Shown here one piece after another: positions 59,850 to 64,000 of a stretch of 64,000 nt of DNA (positions within the stretch are counted from its first letter, which is position 1; every line of letters starts with the position of its first letter). This DNA comes from Eledone cirrhosa (lineage: Eukaryota). The translations under genes and the position numbers were made by a program. The stretch spans positions 270,568,001 to 270,632,000 of the forward strand of contig OZ024742.1 of the NCBI GenBank assembly GCA_964016885.1. Direction: 5' to 3'. The notes beneath the pieces were generated by a model. That model was given only the letters and a program-made list of their open reading frames with translations. It had not been told where the DNA came from and ran no database searches.

Positions 59850-60895
59850 AAGACATATAACAGAAAAATATACTAGGAAACAGAACAGACCGGATCTCAA
59901 ACGACTTTGCACAAAACCTGCACATGACCTGCATAGCTTCATGCAGGGCACAAGAGATTGTGATATTGTCTACCTGCAGACAAATCTGGTAGGATGTCAC
60001 TAGAGATCATGCCGGTCTACATTAAGACTATGCAACACGCGTGAGACAATAGCATAAACAGATGAGGAAAGAGAAAGTTTTCTCAATGCTCGCATGATGA
60101 TGTGGACTAACATCCTACGACATACACGCATGGCGAATACATTCCAGGCCTCTAATAATGACATACCACCACTGAATTCACTCCGCAAAGAGAATAGATC
60201 AGCTATTGACCCTATAACAGGACAACCAACAAGATCTGTCTATGGAGCCAATATAGCCAACAATATAGGATCTCCTACTTCTTCTCTCTGATTAAGGGCC
60301 ACATAATTAAGATATCCCCAGAGTTGTGTGATAGCACAGGGAAAGTCCGCAGCAGAATGAAGATCGCAACTATACAAACGACCTGATAAACTGCTTAATA
60401 GAAAGCATGGATGTAGTTTCCCTGTACACATCAACTCACATTAATTTTACAGTTCAAAAATGTATGGAGATAATCAGTGAGAGTGACATATTTTCCTGGC
60501 GTTCACATGGACGAACTGGGCCTCCTACTTAGACATCCGTGTGACAGAGAATATCTAGACAGTAATGACCATAATAGTTTCTGGCTCAGTAGATCAATAA
60601 AAGGTAGACCCCTACAGTAACTTCGATGAAAAGAAAATTCCCATCGGAAGATGGAACGAATTGGCAGACCCATACGGCAACTGGGCACTCAGATCTTGTG
60701 AGAAATATAATTGCACATGCGGTAGGGGTTACCACTGAAACTACTGGGACACATGTTCAAATTTAATAAGAAAACATACACGAAGGAGATATTGCCAACC
60801 GATTCATGGTATGGTCGGAAAGGCGGCTTAAAAAGCGTCTAGCACAGAACGCCATATCCCACATCTTATAAACTTGTTATGTAGATGACATTAAT
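59850..60895 (+). pseudogene. Highly degraded PLE RT, Naiad-like (long insertion between motifs A and B)
   Basis: ADKSG (~59976-59990), LRKENR..DP..GQPTRSVYGA, SMDVVSLYT (60404-60430), FKFNKKTY, YVDDIN (60878-60895), across many frameshifts. Confidence 0.68.
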
Positions 60896-61343
60896 ATATA
60901 AGATGTTATTTTAACTCAGGTGCACTTTCATTTTTGATAGACATCAATTTCAAAACTCTTCTCCCAAAAATAACTATTTCATCGGAGGAACGGCCTGGAG
61001 GTTTCTGTAAGGATCGTCTAGTTTCTTAAATCCTTTGGTAATGGAATGATTATATTGTGTTGTTTATCATGTAATTAAATAGTAAATGTACTATACATAT
61101 AGCACTCTTCTTTCTTATACCTTCTCTACGGAAATACATAACACGCACGCAAACACACACACACACACACACACACACGCACGCACACACACACTTACAC
61201 ACACAAACACACGCGCGCGAACACACGCGTATATATATATATATATATATATATATGACTCCCATATTCGATCCGTTAACGAAGCATCTGATTTTGTGTT
61301 ATTTGTTCGTGTCTTTAATACGCATTTTTTTGTTATCTATCTC

Positions 61344-61513
61344 ATCGGTAGAGGGTCGGACGCCATGCTTTCCAGCATAGTTATGTCCCTTTACGATCTG
61401 AGTTCAAATCCCGCCGAGGTTGACTTTGCCTTTCATCCTTACGGGGTCGATAAAATAAAGTACCAGTAATACACTGGTTAATTGCTGGCCTTGTGCCTAA
61501 AGTAGAAACAATT
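61344..61513 (+). mobile_element. SINE copy, slightly 5'-truncated
   Basis: Matches 58390-58555. Confidence 0.9.
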
Positions 61514-64000
61514 AATGAGTGGAATGTTACTAGAGATCTGTCGTAGTCTGATTGCATTGGCATATCAATTAAGAGACAATTATTTACTCATCATCTTCAA
61601 ATGATAATATAGCTTGAATTTGCTATATATATAATAAATAATATTTTGTGTATGAACTGGCATGTTGCAGTGTAGAATCAGTTACTCATTCTCTGGGATA
61701 TTTTCTTGAATATGTTTGCTCTATTTGTATCTCACTCAGTAGTTCTTATTAATTGCTTTTTCTTTTAATTGATATACAACTGAATACAGATCCACGTCAT
61801 GGAATTATGGGGTCTTTTAACACGTGTGACAATTTGACGAGGTTAAAGTTCCTTTTGAAATCTTGCAATACGTTAGCCACGTGTCAGGAGTGTCTTTGGA
61901 CCAGTTGGCACAAACAATAATCCCTGCACATCAGCAACATTGTAGTGACTGTAGAATAGCAAGGGCATCTGAAGATCAGTCAAGTGGAATTTATTTGGAT
62001 GTGGCCTAGATATTCCATGCCTAGATGAAGCACTGTCTAAACGGTGAGGCAGTGTCTCATCCGATCTTCATAATCATTTATTAGAACCAGAAAACTGGTG
62101 AACCAGTTGAATTTGCATTCATAGTGGAAGCTGGCATTTTAATGCTTCAGAATAGCATGTGAGGATGTTTTGGCATCTCAATTACCTGTGATTCTATTTT
62201 ATTGACGAATAAATGATTGACATTATATGATTTTATATTATGATGTACAGAAGAGTATGTTGTTTTGAATGGACTTATAGGAAAAACCTCTAGGGTACAT
62301 ACGTAACCCTCCACCGCAGAGAGGGAATAGAATGTAAGTAAGAGGGACAGAAAGAGAGCTCTCCTAGGACATGCTATGTTGTTGCTCTCTGACAAAGATA
62401 TACCGAAGCCAACAAGATTATAGGCGGCTGGCAATTTCGGATAGGGTTTGAAAACCAGAAACAGACAAACACATTGCTAATATTTACGGCAACAACAATA
62501 TTTTCACGATTTTTTCCATGGATGTGAGCCCATTGGTGAGTAACACAAATAATCTAATGGTTCAATAAAAAAGGATTTTCGAAAGCTGTACTATTATTCA
62601 TCACGAATGGAAAGAGGGAAAAATCTAAGGTAATGGAATATGTCTTCAATATTTATATCCCCGAAATTTGAGATGATATAAGTGAGCATAATTTTACGGT
62701 AGTTGAAAGTTTATTTTTAAAGAGGGACACATTGAAATTCATTTCCAAACATCACGTTATATCGGTGTTGAGAGGAGCAAGCAGAGAGTGAATGATTGGA
62801 AAGATATATTATATCTTTCCATCGAATTTTGTCAGAACCTATGACCTATTTGTTTTGCAACGGTTGGAAATTCATTTAATTTTGGTATGTGTATTTTCGT
62901 ATTCATACGGGTAATGTAATTGAAAGGAGGAGCTTTTTTACAAGTCACCCGAAAGTTTCAATTCCTCGATTATAACATCATCGCCACGTCCTGCTTTTAC
63001 AAAAAAAAAAAAAGAAAATGAAATCCATCATGTGTAACAGGCTGCTACCGAAAGAAGGGAAGTGAATAACTATCTCACTTCCGAAGAGAAAGTAAAAGAC
63101 AGTAAAAACCAAAAATAAATATATCAAGTGGAGTCATTCTCCCAACCACACTTTACAATGAACACAACATTCATGAAAAGACCGATGGAAAACGTAAATT
63201 ATTCATTCGTCTATATGAGGTTATATTCATTGTTGACGAGCGCTATGTCCGATGAGTAAGTGCAACATCCAAAAGTTAAGATACTGTTGAATAAATATAT
63301 AGAAAATCATGAATATGAATGTCATTAAGTAATCCATCATCATAAGGCGCATATTTTTTCGGTCTGCGTGAACCCCAAATATTTATCATGTATTTTCAGG
63401 GTGTGTGAGTATATAAATATCAGTGTGGTTATTATTGTTTCTTCAAAGCATTTCGGCTTGTCCATCCATCATTGGTTTCGTAAACATCGTGTATAACGTT
63501 TTATATATGTGTTCATATGGTATATTTTAGCGAAAGAAAACATTCTGCAACGAATCATCTTATACATAATATAAGCATACTCAGATGTACATACATACGT
63601 ATATATATTTATATTTGTCACATCTATTATACGGGGTGAAATACAATACTAATAAATTATGATGTTAGCATAGATTAATTATAATAATAAAAATAATAGA
63701 TAGTTATATATATATCAACCGTATATATGTATACAACAGTGTCGTTGATGAGAGGAAGTTAAGTAGCGTTTATTTCAGAGTGATACAGGTGACATAGACG
63801 TTGCTTTGGTAGTCGTTTGTAGCATTATTTACTGTCACTTCGTTACCAAATAAGCATGCCTTATCTACACACACCCCATCCATCCTACATATATATCCGT
63901 CCACACTACGATCCTCCAATTTCCTACAGAACCATCTTCTATTTCTCCCTCACTATTCATCTACCTACCGTCCCCACACTCACCCCATTTTCAATTTTCC

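Noticed and set aside
61790-62050. Possible RTE endonuclease relic (GSFN, VFGPVG, WMWPR)
   Set aside because: Motifs too degenerate to call without a profile search.
57900-64000. Host gene exons in the less repetitive right end
   Set aside because: No recognisable protein motif or supportable splice structure; small exons cannot be excluded.

Overview
Very AT-rich, repeat-saturated eukaryotic DNA with no host gene that I can support. A cephalopod (octopus-like) origin is inferred from the SINE family and the large (TA)n arrays; this is not proven. The window is a mosaic of decayed retroelements separated by (TA)n/(CA)n/(TAA)n microsatellites. It holds Penelope-like elements (PLEs) of apparently three types (four Hydra-type copies with a CxC-x5-C-x5-C linker, one Neptune-type GIY-YIG, one degraded Naiad-like RT), four R4/Dong-type pieces, a Tx1 3' end, two CR1-clade copies, three RTE fragments, four tRNA-type SINEs, a decayed DD37D/maT-like DNA transposon and a 608-bp tandem array. 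The ORF track misses the most notable signal: a dense set of type I hammerhead ribozyme (HHR) motifs with palindromic stem III. Several have intact cores or very large branched stem II, and several lie in short non-coding fold-back elements inside (TA)n. All calls come from reading and folding by eye, and boundaries are approximate. Nearly all Y/I/C/V/H-rich ORFs in the track are microsatellite artefacts.
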